Assembly: GCA_963668025.2 (NCBI GenBank)
Contig: CAXXTH010000018.1
Coordinates: 256,001-320,000 of the forward strand
Direction of reading: 5' to 3'
DNA: 64,000 nt
Source: Candidatus Hydrogenedentota bacterium
GTDB lineage: Bacteria > Hydrogenedentota > Hydrogenedentia > Hydrogenedentales > SLHB01
Shown piece after piece: positions 41,301 to 49,675 of this stretch. The notes under the pieces are model-generated. The model saw only the letters and a program-made list of their open reading frames with translations. It was not told where the DNA came from and did not search any database. Position numbers and translations under genes: made by a program. The number at the start of each line of letters is the position of its first letter. The stretch's first letter is position 1.

Positions 41301-42070
41301 GAACCACCGTCTTTTTTGGTTTCCGCAATCAACGCTTCAATGGCGGATTGATCGAGTGAAGCGCGCTCTTGTATGGAAGCTTTTTCCTCGGCGGTTTGCA
41401 CCGGCGGCGGCGGGACAGGCGCGGATGGTTTGGCGGGCTGATGGCTTGCGAACAAATCATCCAGCTCGGATTGATCTAAAAGAGTCTCGCCGTTATCGAT
41501 GAACGGAGGCGCATCGATACGTACAGGCGGAGGACTTGGCTTGGCCGTATGAGTAGGAGCAGGAGTAGCAACCGGCGCACTCCGCGCCTGGGCGATCAAG
41601 GCATCTAGTTCCGATTGATCGAGTAGCGGCGGCACATCCGCAAGATCATCCCCCTTGGCATTGGCTGGCTCAATCGTTGGGGAAGCCTTCGGTGCAGCGC
41701 GCTGCTCGAAAAGCGCGTCAAGCTCTGCTTGGTCAAGCAGCTCCGGTTCCTTTGGCGAAGACGGTGCGGCGTTCTGAGCAAAAAGCGCGTCAAGGTCTGC
41801 TTGATCGAGCAGTTCAGGAGCTGCTTCCGGCTCTGATGGCCTCGATGAGGAAGTTTCTGAATTCAAACCGGCAATAAGGGCATCGAGATCATCCTGATCA
41901 AGCAGATCAGGTTCATTTGGCTCGGGAATCGGTGATGGGGGCGGCGCCGGTTGTGGGGCTTCCGCACGCATATGGGCGATAAGCGCATCAAGGTCCGCCT
42001 GCTCTAATAAATCATCATGCTCCTCGGAATGATTCGGCTCGCCTTTGTTTTTATCGTTTGGCTCTGTCAT
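38345..42070 (-). CDS. Large bitopic membrane protein: acidic N-terminus with ~13 LLDQxELDAL repeats, one TM, long TPR region
   Basis: 1241-aa ORF; TM LAVSLFVGVLAGWALYAVL; many TPR-like ..YP.S/T.. units. Confidence 0.85.
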   Translation of the reverse strand: MTEPNDKNKGEPNHSEEHDDLLEQADLDALIAHMRAEAPQPAPPPSPIPEPNEPDLLDQDDLDALIAGLNSETSSSRPSEPEAAPELLDQADLDALFAQNAAPSSPKEPELLDQAELDALFEQRAAPKASPTIEPANAKGDDLADVPPLLDQSELDALIAQARSAPVATPAPTHTAKPSPPPVRIDAPPFIDNGETLLDQSELDDLFASHQPAKPSAPVPPPPVQTAEEKASIQERASLDQSAIEALIAETKKDGGSAGSLDEFLGEEIDQEDMFLSQHELDELIEKGLPGQHEASSAEFDEREDIEEFNARALTDTELDAALEEINSNITLDESNLDEVIGKEGMPSGMTDQSDIDAVIAQVQNGGAFANEPNEWTYAPPSDKPVGIIEQSEIDALFKAESQDAEGEISYESAIDAPFEEQEAVGSENRYASVSLDDSNEALLSQELLDSLLQEASAKEEFKDLFAAPGKTVEPEQAATVQIASPKAPLPHEELMERPEAIVPPAKKKRFRKPLIPNPFRGFPRHEITKLAVSLFVGVLAGWALYAVLPAYQNGAMQIEQLMPGGQEDLSVAVENAKRFMKARAYADVVKEMDRAIPEAPREHPLLADAEFLRVEAMHAALPQRATQEEADVVQAAIDQVIEHHSTDPRVPQLMEWKALLYVKTGVPLTAQSIYRKIIEQYPAAPERDKIMVQASRLALELGRGGEAEEFAQLLVAQFPTSPYADEARMLLGRAFLLQKRPDKARELFTQVAQARPDRKIGAQAAVYLARMELDGGNPGAAISMLENRDAASTTMEGKDEVYLLLGQAYEANGQLDRAEQSYRDLLSFMPDSPLLPQAYVRLASVLEKQGKRSDAASLIQLAAHQYPNDSSVLQSLASSRVLSGDFVGAAQALLAADEAGANAPQLLLDAARYFRRVGEWDQAMEVYEHLSVQYPTTAQAFQGLIERAKADYERGNIRRSLSELEDLATLTEGRPQQLAVKVALGELYHDLGFSELAKQTYQEVAAVATEPKLLAQSAAALIQNGAVEQGLSISRRVDANLLDPALAYSFLNVAGQALLQASPDQGIAYMEQAHERYAEERTDKDEIALLNAYLASGRAARAQAMVMELETNARAGNCTTELFRDAALAWADYLYARRDFRAAADAYGLAQKASGRFDEDAQWASYQRAGAVLETEDYATSIPLLDAIGQTDSQWAAQARIKAAYGRAEQLRRGLPVTAEPLAEPQPATAQSNSAATATG

Positions 42071-42278
42071 AACTCCCCTGGCAGGTCCCTATTCTCACCT
42101 CAGAGCAAAAGCATAAAAACTGCGTATCTATCTTTGTGCAAATAGTTTAGCATGGACACGCCAGCTTGGCAACAAGAAAATAGGCATTTTTTTCCGCCCA
42201 GAATCGAAAACGAAGGGAAACCTCTATACCACCAATAGACCCGGCAGTATTTTCCGTTTGCACAAACCATAGCGGTGT

Positions 42279-43013
42279 TCAAAATGAATCGAACGGATGG
42301 TGAATAGTATTCATAGTGAGCACAGTAGCAAGAGTCAAGCTCTTGTGGATCGTCAATTCATCGCCTTCACATAGCTCAAAATATTCGGGCGCATTGTCGA
42401 ACGCAAGCACAGCCGGGCCGCGTGTAATACGCACGCGCACTGTAGCGCTTTCAGGAACAATGATATGGTTGGTATGCTCCGATGTGGCCTTGAACGCCAA
42501 GCCCAGGCCCGAATGGAAAACGCCATGCGTGATCTGATTGAAGTACGCCGTGCTTCCAAATGGCGTGCAGACCACGAAACCGTCTCCTAAGATTTCCGCG
42601 CCGTTCTCGTAGGGCGCTTCATCTATCCACACCCGGAACCGCACGGCGGAGTTAATATGCCCCATATGCACATTGAATTCGTTCATCGCGGTCAAGAAAC
42701 ACATGGGATCAGGTTCATCTTGATACGAAATAGCGCATTCCAGCTTAAGAAAACGGGTGGGCGCCAGCATGTTTTCGACAAGATGCCGAATCACCTCCGC
42801 AGGGGGATGTGGAATGCAGCGAATGCCCCGCCGACTGTTCCGAATAGGCAGTTTGGGCACCATGGGCCATGCCAGCTCCGCCGAAAGCAGCGTGCCGTCG
42901 CCGCCGAAACAAATGATGACCTCGGGATCCGTGTCGACTATTTTCAACGAAGGATGCTTGGCTAATTCCGGCCGCAACTGGTCGCTTTGGGCTCCATATA
43001 GGAGTGTTCTCAT
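42279..43013 (-). CDS. nadK: NAD(+) kinase family protein
   Basis: GGDGTLL, MNE, GDG.VV.TP.GSTAY. Confidence 0.88.
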   Translation of the reverse strand: MRTLLYGAQSDQLRPELAKHPSLKIVDTDPEVIICFGGDGTLLSAELAWPMVPKLPIRNSRRGIRCIPHPPAEVIRHLVENMLAPTRFLKLECAISYQDEPDPMCFLTAMNEFNVHMGHINSAVRFRVWIDEAPYENGAEILGDGFVVCTPFGSTAYFNQITHGVFHSGLGLAFKATSEHTNHIIVPESATVRVRITRGPAVLAFDNAPEYFELCEGDELTIHKSLTLATVLTMNTIHHPFDSF

Positions 43014-43200
43014 CGTTTTTCCACTATCTTGGTTGTCCGTGCAATAGAGGCGATTATAGCAAAGATATGTAGCCCGGTCATGCCAATAATTTGGCATGCA
43101 TGGGCTCGCAGGAGATTCATGACATCCTGGGTGCGCTCTTGATACAATTCCAGAAAACCGGTGTTATCCGCCGTCGGCAACATGAGGCAAGAACGAAACC

Positions 43201-45276
43201 ATGACATATCGAACTTCCCTTTTTCTATCCATCCTGCTCGCATTGGCTCTTCTAAATGGATGCCAAACCACCGCGCCCGCGCCGCCACCCTTGAAACCTG
43301 CGCCTCCCGTGGAGCCGCACGCCTTTTCAATGCCGCCCTTGCCGGACCTTACCCCCGTAGCAGGGCGCATCATCTGCCTCGATCCCGGCCATGGGGGGCC
43401 GCAGCCCGGCGCAGTTGCTAATGGATTGCGGGAATCAGATGTAAATCTGCGGATTGCATTGCGCCTGCGCGAACTGCTGGCGGGGGCGGGCGCGCAACTG
43501 CTACTCACGCGCGACAGCGACACCACCCTTCACTCAGATGCCCTCACGGATGACCTTGCCGCTCGAGCGGAACTGGCCAACAGAAATAGCGCGGATGTGT
43601 TTCTCAGCATTCATCATAACGCGGACATCGTCTCCGGCAGCGCTCGCAACGATCTGGAAGTCTATTACAAAATGTTCGAAGATGGCCCCAGCCTGGATTT
43701 GGGCCAATGCTTGATGCAAGGACTCGCCCTGGGGCTGCGCCCAGATGCGGAAATGAAACGCCTGCTACCAGGCAATTATAAAGTGCTGCGCACGGCTTCG
43801 GTGCCAGCCGCCCTCACGGAATCTTCCTATATGACCCATGCGGCCAATGCGGCATTCTTGGCCACGCCAGAAGCCTCCGAGGCGGAAGCGCGCTCGCTGG
43901 CGAGTGGCCTGGCCGCCTATTTCACCCTGGACCCGCCCCGCGTGGCTTCCGCCAGCGCCGCGCCGCTCGAGGGCGGCAGAGCCCATATGCTCTCCGTAAC
44001 CTTCACGCGCGGCTTGCCGCTGAACCTTTCCTCGCTCACGGCGGATCTGGATGGCCAATCCGCGCCGGGAAGCGCATGCGCCACGGATACCGGCGCGGCA
44101 TGGGTGTTTCGGGATACGCTCGCCAATGGCCGCCACGAGGCGGTGCTGCACGGGCGGAACATGAAAGGCGCGGCATTGCGTGTTCCGGTGTCGTTCGATG
44201 TAGCGCGTCCCGCGCAATCCGTCTCGGTGAGCCCGCTTGGCGGCCCCCTGCCCGCGCCCGGCGCGGAAGCGTGTTATGAAGCCGATGTGCGGGACGCCCT
44301 GGGAATGCCCGTGGCCAACGGCACGCCCGTCGTTTGGACGGGGCAAAACGAAACTTACACCACGATGGAAGGGAAAGCCCGGTTTTACCAAACCATCTCC
44401 GAGCCGCATCCCGTATCCGCGCAAGCAGGTAGCGTCCAGGGCGAATGGACGCCTTCGGCGGATAGCGCCGCGCGCGGCGGTTGCACGCTCCTCATCCTGG
44501 ACGCCCAGACGAAAACTCCCGTATCACGCCCTTCCGCTTTCGCGAATGGCGCGCCCATCGCCATCGGAACGCCGGAAGGCTGGATGGCCTTGCCTGCGGA
44601 TGTGAAGCGCGTACGGATCACCTGCGCCGGGTATGAGCCAAAAGAGGTGGCCTTAACAGGCCCGCACACATCCGCCGTCCTCGACCCCGTGGCGGACGGC
44701 GCACTGCACGGACGGCGCATCGTGCTCGATCCGGCCTATGGCGGGCGCTTGCCGGGATTGGCCGGCCCCACGGGCCTGCGCGCATGCGATATAAACCTGG
44801 ATGTGGCGCGCCAGGCCATGGCGCTCTTGCAGCAAGCTGGGGCGGACGCCACGCTTACGCGTACGGGGGACATCGAATGCACCGACCTGGAGCGGCTGGC
44901 CGCAGCAGAAGACGCCGAACTCTTCATCACTATCTCCTACGGCGCGCCGCCCGACATGTTGCGCGTGCTGGACGACTCGGGCCACCGGCGGGACGATATC
45001 ACCGCCTTTATCGGCCATTACCCGAAGAGCGCCAAGGGCGAAGCATTAGCCAAACAGCTATCCGCCCGGATGAATGGCATCCCCGCATTGGCGTGTTCCG
45101 CGTATATAATTCAACAGACGCCGTGTCCGGCGGTATGGATTCAACCCGCGAGCGTCGAGGATGCCGCCGGTGAATCCCAATGCCGAAGCGCGGCCAGCCG
45201 CCGCTTGGCCGCCGAAGCCATCCGCGATGCGCTAAAGGCATATTTTACGGGACAGGCAACGAGGACGACGAAGTAG
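43201..45276 (+). CDS. Lipoprotein N-acetylmuramoyl-L-alanine amidase (Amidase_3) with a second, degenerate amidase domain
   Basis: LNGC lipobox; LDPGHGG, E..VNL, LTR..D, SIHHNA, LTE; second domain reads LDPAYGG. Confidence 0.88.
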   Translation: MTYRTSLFLSILLALALLNGCQTTAPAPPPLKPAPPVEPHAFSMPPLPDLTPVAGRIICLDPGHGGPQPGAVANGLRESDVNLRIALRLRELLAGAGAQLLLTRDSDTTLHSDALTDDLAARAELANRNSADVFLSIHHNADIVSGSARNDLEVYYKMFEDGPSLDLGQCLMQGLALGLRPDAEMKRLLPGNYKVLRTASVPAALTESSYMTHAANAAFLATPEASEAEARSLASGLAAYFTLDPPRVASASAAPLEGGRAHMLSVTFTRGLPLNLSSLTADLDGQSAPGSACATDTGAAWVFRDTLANGRHEAVLHGRNMKGAALRVPVSFDVARPAQSVSVSPLGGPLPAPGAEACYEADVRDALGMPVANGTPVVWTGQNETYTTMEGKARFYQTISEPHPVSAQAGSVQGEWTPSADSAARGGCTLLILDAQTKTPVSRPSAFANGAPIAIGTPEGWMALPADVKRVRITCAGYEPKEVALTGPHTSAVLDPVADGALHGRRIVLDPAYGGRLPGLAGPTGLRACDINLDVARQAMALLQQAGADATLTRTGDIECTDLERLAAAEDAELFITISYGAPPDMLRVLDDSGHRRDDITAFIGHYPKSAKGEALAKQLSARMNGIPALACSAYIIQQTPCPAVWIQPASVEDAAGESQCRSAASRRLAAEAIRDALKAYFTGQATRTTK

Positions 45277-45323
45277 CTTCGAGTTTCGTAGGTGAAGTTT
45301 TTCTTGACATGATTGACAAGATA

Positions 45324-45345
45324 GTAGGGTGGGGCTTGCCCCACC
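45324..45345. repeat. GTAG-type REP unit
   Basis: GTAGGGTGGGGCTTGCCCCACC; related copies at 33479 and, degenerate, ~16991-17011. Confidence 0.65.
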
Positions 45346-45420
45346 GTTCAAGGCGATAAGCGGCGATACAGCGAAACATTGCACGGAAATACCGGTGATA
45401 TGCGCAAAAAAGAGAACAAT

Positions 45421-45504
45421 AAAGCAGTAGCAAGCTACAACACTCCACATGCGCTCTATGTCCTTTATGAAACTACTTGGAGTGCGGCAGCTTGCTGCCG
45501 CTTT
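45421..45504. repeat. REPIN-like inverted doublet, GGAGTGCGGCAGCTTGCTGCCGCTTT family
   Basis: Two inverted 27-nt units around spacer CATGCGCTCTATGTCCTTTATGAAACTACT; homologous element at 50744-50829. Confidence 0.8.
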
Positions 45505-45580
45505 GGGCGCGCGGATTTCGCTGTAATGCGCTGTTTCGATGTCGCGTCGATGCAAACTCGTTAGTAAGGAGGGATCTCCT

Positions 45581-46228
45581 ATGCAGCGGCAGCCTGAACC
45601 GGAATATATGGACTTGGCGGATGAAGCGGACGCCTATGCCGAGGCGGATTTCAATGACGTGAACCAGGTGTTCGCCGAGCGCTTGTTCGAGCTTGCGGAT
45701 GATGCGCCTTACTCAGCCCTCGACCTGGGAACCGGCCCTGCCGACATCCCCCGGCGCGTCACGCTGGGGCGTCCGCACTGGCGCATCGCCGCGTTGGACG
45801 CCGCGTTCGCCATGCTGCGCATCGCCCATGCACGCGGCTGGGACCATGCGTTCATGCTGGTGCAAGGGGACGCCAAAGGCCTGCCGTTCGCGGACCATGC
45901 GTTCGATGTGATCTTCACCAACAGCATCCTGCATCATCTTTCGGATCCTTTCCTGTTTTGGAGGGAAATCAAGCGCGTGGCGAAGCCCGGCGCACTGTTG
46001 TTTTTGCGCGACCTATCGCGCCCGGAAACAGGCGAACAAGCGCATGCCATCGTGGTAAAACATTCGGGCAATGAATCGGAGCTTTTACAGGAAGAATTCT
46101 ACCGGTCGCTGCTGGCGGCCTACACGCCCAACGAGATCCGAGTCCAGCTTACCCAAGCGGGCCTCCATGGGTTGCATGTCGAGCAAATAACGGACCGGCA
46201 TTTGGATGTTTATGGATACATCGCTTAG
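45581..46228 (+). CDS. Class I SAM-dependent methyltransferase
   Basis: MQRQPEPEYM, LDLGTGPAD, GDAKGLPF, NSILHH, RDL.RP; AGGAGG RBS. Confidence 0.9.
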   Translation: MQRQPEPEYMDLADEADAYAEADFNDVNQVFAERLFELADDAPYSALDLGTGPADIPRRVTLGRPHWRIAALDAAFAMLRIAHARGWDHAFMLVQGDAKGLPFADHAFDVIFTNSILHHLSDPFLFWREIKRVAKPGALLFLRDLSRPETGEQAHAIVVKHSGNESELLQEEFYRSLLAAYTPNEIRVQLTQAGLHGLHVEQITDRHLDVYGYIA

Positions 46229-47555
46229 ACGCGGCGCGGCATGGGCGCTGGCCTGCCTGCTGCCTTATCCTGTCCTCGTGGCGCTAGTGGCGCGGTATGG
46301 ATTCGCATTTCCGTATTGGGACCAATGGGAATTCATCGACACCATCCGAAACGTTTGGGCGCATGGGCTTTCGTTTTCAGACCTCTGGGCGCAACACAAT
46401 GAACACCGCCTGGTGTTTCCCCGCCTCATCATGCTCGCGGGCGTTTGGGCCACGGATTGGGACATCCGTGTTGAACTCGGGGTAAATCTGCTACTGGGCC
46501 TGGCCATCTATCTATTCGCACTCCGCCTATCCGTCTTGGCGGCGCGCGCGGCGGGCATGCGGACGCCATATTGGACCTGGCCGCTGCTCTCCCTCTTCAT
46601 CTTTTCACTTGCGCAATGGGGCAATTACGCCTGGGGCTGGCAGTTGCAGATTTTACTCAATACCGCCGCCGTATTAGCAGGCTTCACCGCACTCACCAGC
46701 GCACAGCGGACCTGGATGCGCTGGTGCGCCGCCGTGCTCGCGGGCATCGTGGCCACTTTCTCATTCTCGAACGGCGCGGCGTATTGGCTGGCGGCCATCC
46801 CTTCGCTGCTGCTTCCCCCATCACCGCTCCCCAAGCACACGAAAACCGTGCAAACCGCGCTCTGGATAGCCTGCGCGGCGGCCTGCCTTGGGGCGTATGC
46901 CTGGCAATACGAAAAGCCCTCTTACCACCCCACGCTATGGTATGCCTTACAGCATCCAGCCACTTTTATTGAATATATATGCGTATACTTAGGTGGCATC
47001 ACAGCGTATTACCGTTCCTGGGCGGCAATGGCGGCGGGGGCAGTGGGCATTCTATTTGCCCTGGCGGCATGCTGCTGGCTTGCCCGACGACGAACCTTAT
47101 GGCCCGCCCTGGCGCCCTATGCCGGGCTGGCGCTCTACGCCTGCGCGGGCGCAGGCATCACCGGTGTAGGCCGTAGCGCGTATGGAGTGAACCAGGCGAT
47201 GGCGTCCCGCTATTGCACCGTGGCGCTCCTGTTATGGCTGGCCATCATTGCGTTGCTGGCTTTGATGCGGCATGCGGCCCAGGGGAATGAATGGCCCATG
47301 CGCATGATGCGGCGCTTGCTTCTGGCTGCCGCCGTAGTGCTGGCGCTGTCCACACTGCTGGCTTCCCGGCAAGGGTATTATGAACTCCAAGAGCGGGCGC
47401 GTCATCTGGCCCCCGCCGTGCGGCAATTGGAAACTGGAGAAGGAACAGACCTGTTGACACGGCTCTATCCCTTCACGGACACATTTAATGTGCAAGCTAG
47501 GACAGAGCGCATTCGCTTTTTAAGAGAGCGCCACCTGGGCATTTTTCAGAAATAA
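46206..47555 (+). CDS. Polytopic membrane protein, possibly GT-C-type envelope-modifying transferase
   Basis: PYWDQW, QHNEHR..FPRL, SRY motifs; about 11 TM segments. Confidence 0.7.
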   Translation: MFMDTSLRRGAAWALACLLPYPVLVALVARYGFAFPYWDQWEFIDTIRNVWAHGLSFSDLWAQHNEHRLVFPRLIMLAGVWATDWDIRVELGVNLLLGLAIYLFALRLSVLAARAAGMRTPYWTWPLLSLFIFSLAQWGNYAWGWQLQILLNTAAVLAGFTALTSAQRTWMRWCAAVLAGIVATFSFSNGAAYWLAAIPSLLLPPSPLPKHTKTVQTALWIACAAACLGAYAWQYEKPSYHPTLWYALQHPATFIEYICVYLGGITAYYRSWAAMAAGAVGILFALAACCWLARRRTLWPALAPYAGLALYACAGAGITGVGRSAYGVNQAMASRYCTVALLLWLAIIALLALMRHAAQGNEWPMRMMRRLLLAAAVVLALSTLLASRQGYYELQERARHLAPAVRQLETGEGTDLLTRLYPFTDTFNVQARTERIRFLRERHLGIFQK

Positions 47556-47584
47556 CACTCAGGTTCTTCACTTATTACCGCTTA

Positions 47585-48118
47585 TTACACGGAAGCAAAA
47601 TAGGTGCGGGCCGTTTCATTTTGCATTACAAGATGGAATTGGGTTGAAGCCGTTGAGGCTTGCGCATACTGCGCCGCAGCGGATTTAGAGTTGAGCTGTT
47701 CCGCCGTTGCGCTCGAGGATAGCTGTTGGAACTGGGCGGCGAGTTCCGGGTTTTCTTCAAACAACGCCTCGATTTTCGCTTTATCAGGGTGGTCGTTGGC
47801 GGCTTCAATTTTACCCAATTCATTGGTTTTCAGGTCGATTTCCTGGGTGGTGTCAATACCATTCTCCGAGAAAACTTTTCTCAGTTCCGTGGAAAAAGCG
47901 GCAAGATTTGCCTGGGTGGAGCTGCTGCTCGGTAGAACCGATTCGGCTGCCTTGGATTGGTTTAGGCGTTTGGCCTCAGACGAAAACGAAGTGGCGTCCG
48001 ATGCCTGAGTGGCGCTTGTTTTCTTGGAGCCCATGGATTTAGCCACGGAAAACATGCTATTTGCTGCGGAACTCACCGTCCGCACTAGGTCTATTCCTAA
48101 CAAAGGCGATATGCTCAT
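47585..48118 (-). CDS. Hypothetical Ser/Ala-rich protein under a sigma54 promoter
   Basis: GGGAGGTG RBS; core ENGID...HPDKAKIEALF..NPELA. Confidence 0.7.
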   Translation of the reverse strand: MSISPLLGIDLVRTVSSAANSMFSVAKSMGSKKTSATQASDATSFSSEAKRLNQSKAAESVLPSSSSTQANLAAFSTELRKVFSENGIDTTQEIDLKTNELGKIEAANDHPDKAKIEALFEENPELAAQFQQLSSSATAEQLNSKSAAAQYAQASTASTQFHLVMQNETARTYFASV

Positions 48119-48172
48119 TGCCGTACACCTCCCCACTCATAGCCACATTGCATTACTTCTTAGATAAAGAGA

Positions 48173-48188
48173 AGCAATGTTTGTGCCA
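48173..48188 (-). promoter_or_regulatory. Sigma54 (-24/-12) promoter
   Basis: Minus strand TGGCAC-AAACA-TTGCT, 55 nt upstream of the ATG at 48118. Confidence 0.8.
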
Positions 48189-48207
48189 AATGGGAAGCTG
48201 TGTAGGA

Positions 48208-49590
48208 TTAACGCCGAATGGATTGGCGGAGGTCGCTTAAAGGGCCACTGGATTCTTTGATGCGCCGGGCGAGTTCGCGCGGCACGCCGCCTTCAAGCAG
48301 CGCCTCTTCCAATGCTTCAACATCCGCGCCCGGATTCTCTTCCATGATGGCGATGATGCGGGGCCGTTCTTGTTCCAGCAGCATATCTAGCAATTCACGG
48401 CGGAAATCGCTAGTCGCTTCGATAGTCAAGCCGACCCGGTTCATCCGGCCTTGAATGCGCCGCTTATCCGATTCAGAAGTATCGGCCTTGCGCATTTGCG
48501 TTTGTAATGCGCTGCGGGCGTCCATGGCGCTTTTATAAATGCCGCCGATCATGGAAAGCGCGCCAGCCACATTGCCGCAGCGGACCATCAAATCGGCATT
48601 CAACAGCACGATCTTGGTATATGTGTCGTGGTTGCTCAAGCGCATGTCGGTGCTGATAGCTTTTTGGAAGCCTGCAATCGCTATCTCCATGGCCTCCCGC
48701 TCATTCAACGGCGCCGCCGGCCAAAGAAATTTAACGCGCTGCAAAAAATCGGCGAAGCTTTCCGCATCGGCCCCTTCCTTCGAGCCGGAGGGTTCCGCAC
48801 CGTGTAAATGCAATTGAGTGGCGTCCTGCTCGCATAATTTACGTATGCGCCCAAGGAGTTCGCGTTCGCGATGCTGCATCAACTCGATCTGAGTGCATAA
48901 GGTGAGGTAGTTATATTCATTCACGGACTGGGATTGCCGCCCCATTTCCACAAGGCGCTCTTCAATGGCCTGCTTCATCTTGGCCGAAACGCCTTCGGCC
49001 TGTTCTAATAAAGACTCCTGCTCGCTGGTTATTTGCAGGATAGACGAAATCTGGGCTTCCGCACGTTCATGATTAACCGCGTTCGTTTGGGAAGACACCT
49101 GGCCTCCGCCGCATTCCCGATACAACCAAGCCGTGCGCAGGTAGAGGCGGGCTATCTTATAATGGTCCCTAATATCTTCTGGCGCGAGCGCATGAATAAA
49201 AAGGGCAAGGAAATGCAGGCATATGGCGGACTCGAATTGGATGTTTTCGTAATCAACGCGGCTCGCCAAGATATTCACCACGGCGCGCCCGTCCCGGTCC
49301 ATCCGCTCGAATTGGCGCAACACCATGGGAATGGCTTCGGAATTGGTTGGGCGGGCAAAATCCTCGGATGTATCGGTATATTTGCAATTCGGACAATGGA
49401 ACAGGATGTAAAATGGAGGGTGAACCTGTTCCAGCCGTTCATTGAGCCAGCGATAATCAAGCACATGCTGATCGGATTCTTTTTCACCAGACATGAACGC
49501 ACGCTGGCGGAAAAAACGTTGCGCATGATAACGTTTGCACGCGGGACACTGGATCTCTTTGGTTACAAAGGGGGATAATAATCCGTTCAT
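48208..49590 (-). CDS. DUF2225-like Zn-ribbon/TPR-like protein
   Basis: CPAC...CPNCKY and ARLYLRTAWLYRE motifs. Confidence 0.75.
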   Translation of the reverse strand: MNGLLSPFVTKEIQCPACKRYHAQRFFRQRAFMSGEKESDQHVLDYRWLNERLEQVHPPFYILFHCPNCKYTDTSEDFARPTNSEAIPMVLRQFERMDRDGRAVVNILASRVDYENIQFESAICLHFLALFIHALAPEDIRDHYKIARLYLRTAWLYRECGGGQVSSQTNAVNHERAEAQISSILQITSEQESLLEQAEGVSAKMKQAIEERLVEMGRQSQSVNEYNYLTLCTQIELMQHRERELLGRIRKLCEQDATQLHLHGAEPSGSKEGADAESFADFLQRVKFLWPAAPLNEREAMEIAIAGFQKAISTDMRLSNHDTYTKIVLLNADLMVRCGNVAGALSMIGGIYKSAMDARSALQTQMRKADTSESDKRRIQGRMNRVGLTIEATSDFRRELLDMLLEQERPRIIAIMEENPGADVEALEEALLEGGVPRELARRIKESSGPLSDLRQSIRR

Positions 49591-49675
49591 TGAGCCCTTC
49601 CCCCCGGCGTCTGGGCAGCAACATGCTTCCCAGTTGCACGGTGGCTTGTTCCTCTCAAGTTTACCATATAATAGC

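Noticed and set aside
43079-43098. Inverted repeat CATGCCAA-TAAT-TTGGCATG between nadK and the amidase gene
   Set aside because: Could be an operator but is single and short; it lacks the -12 element of a sigma54 promoter.
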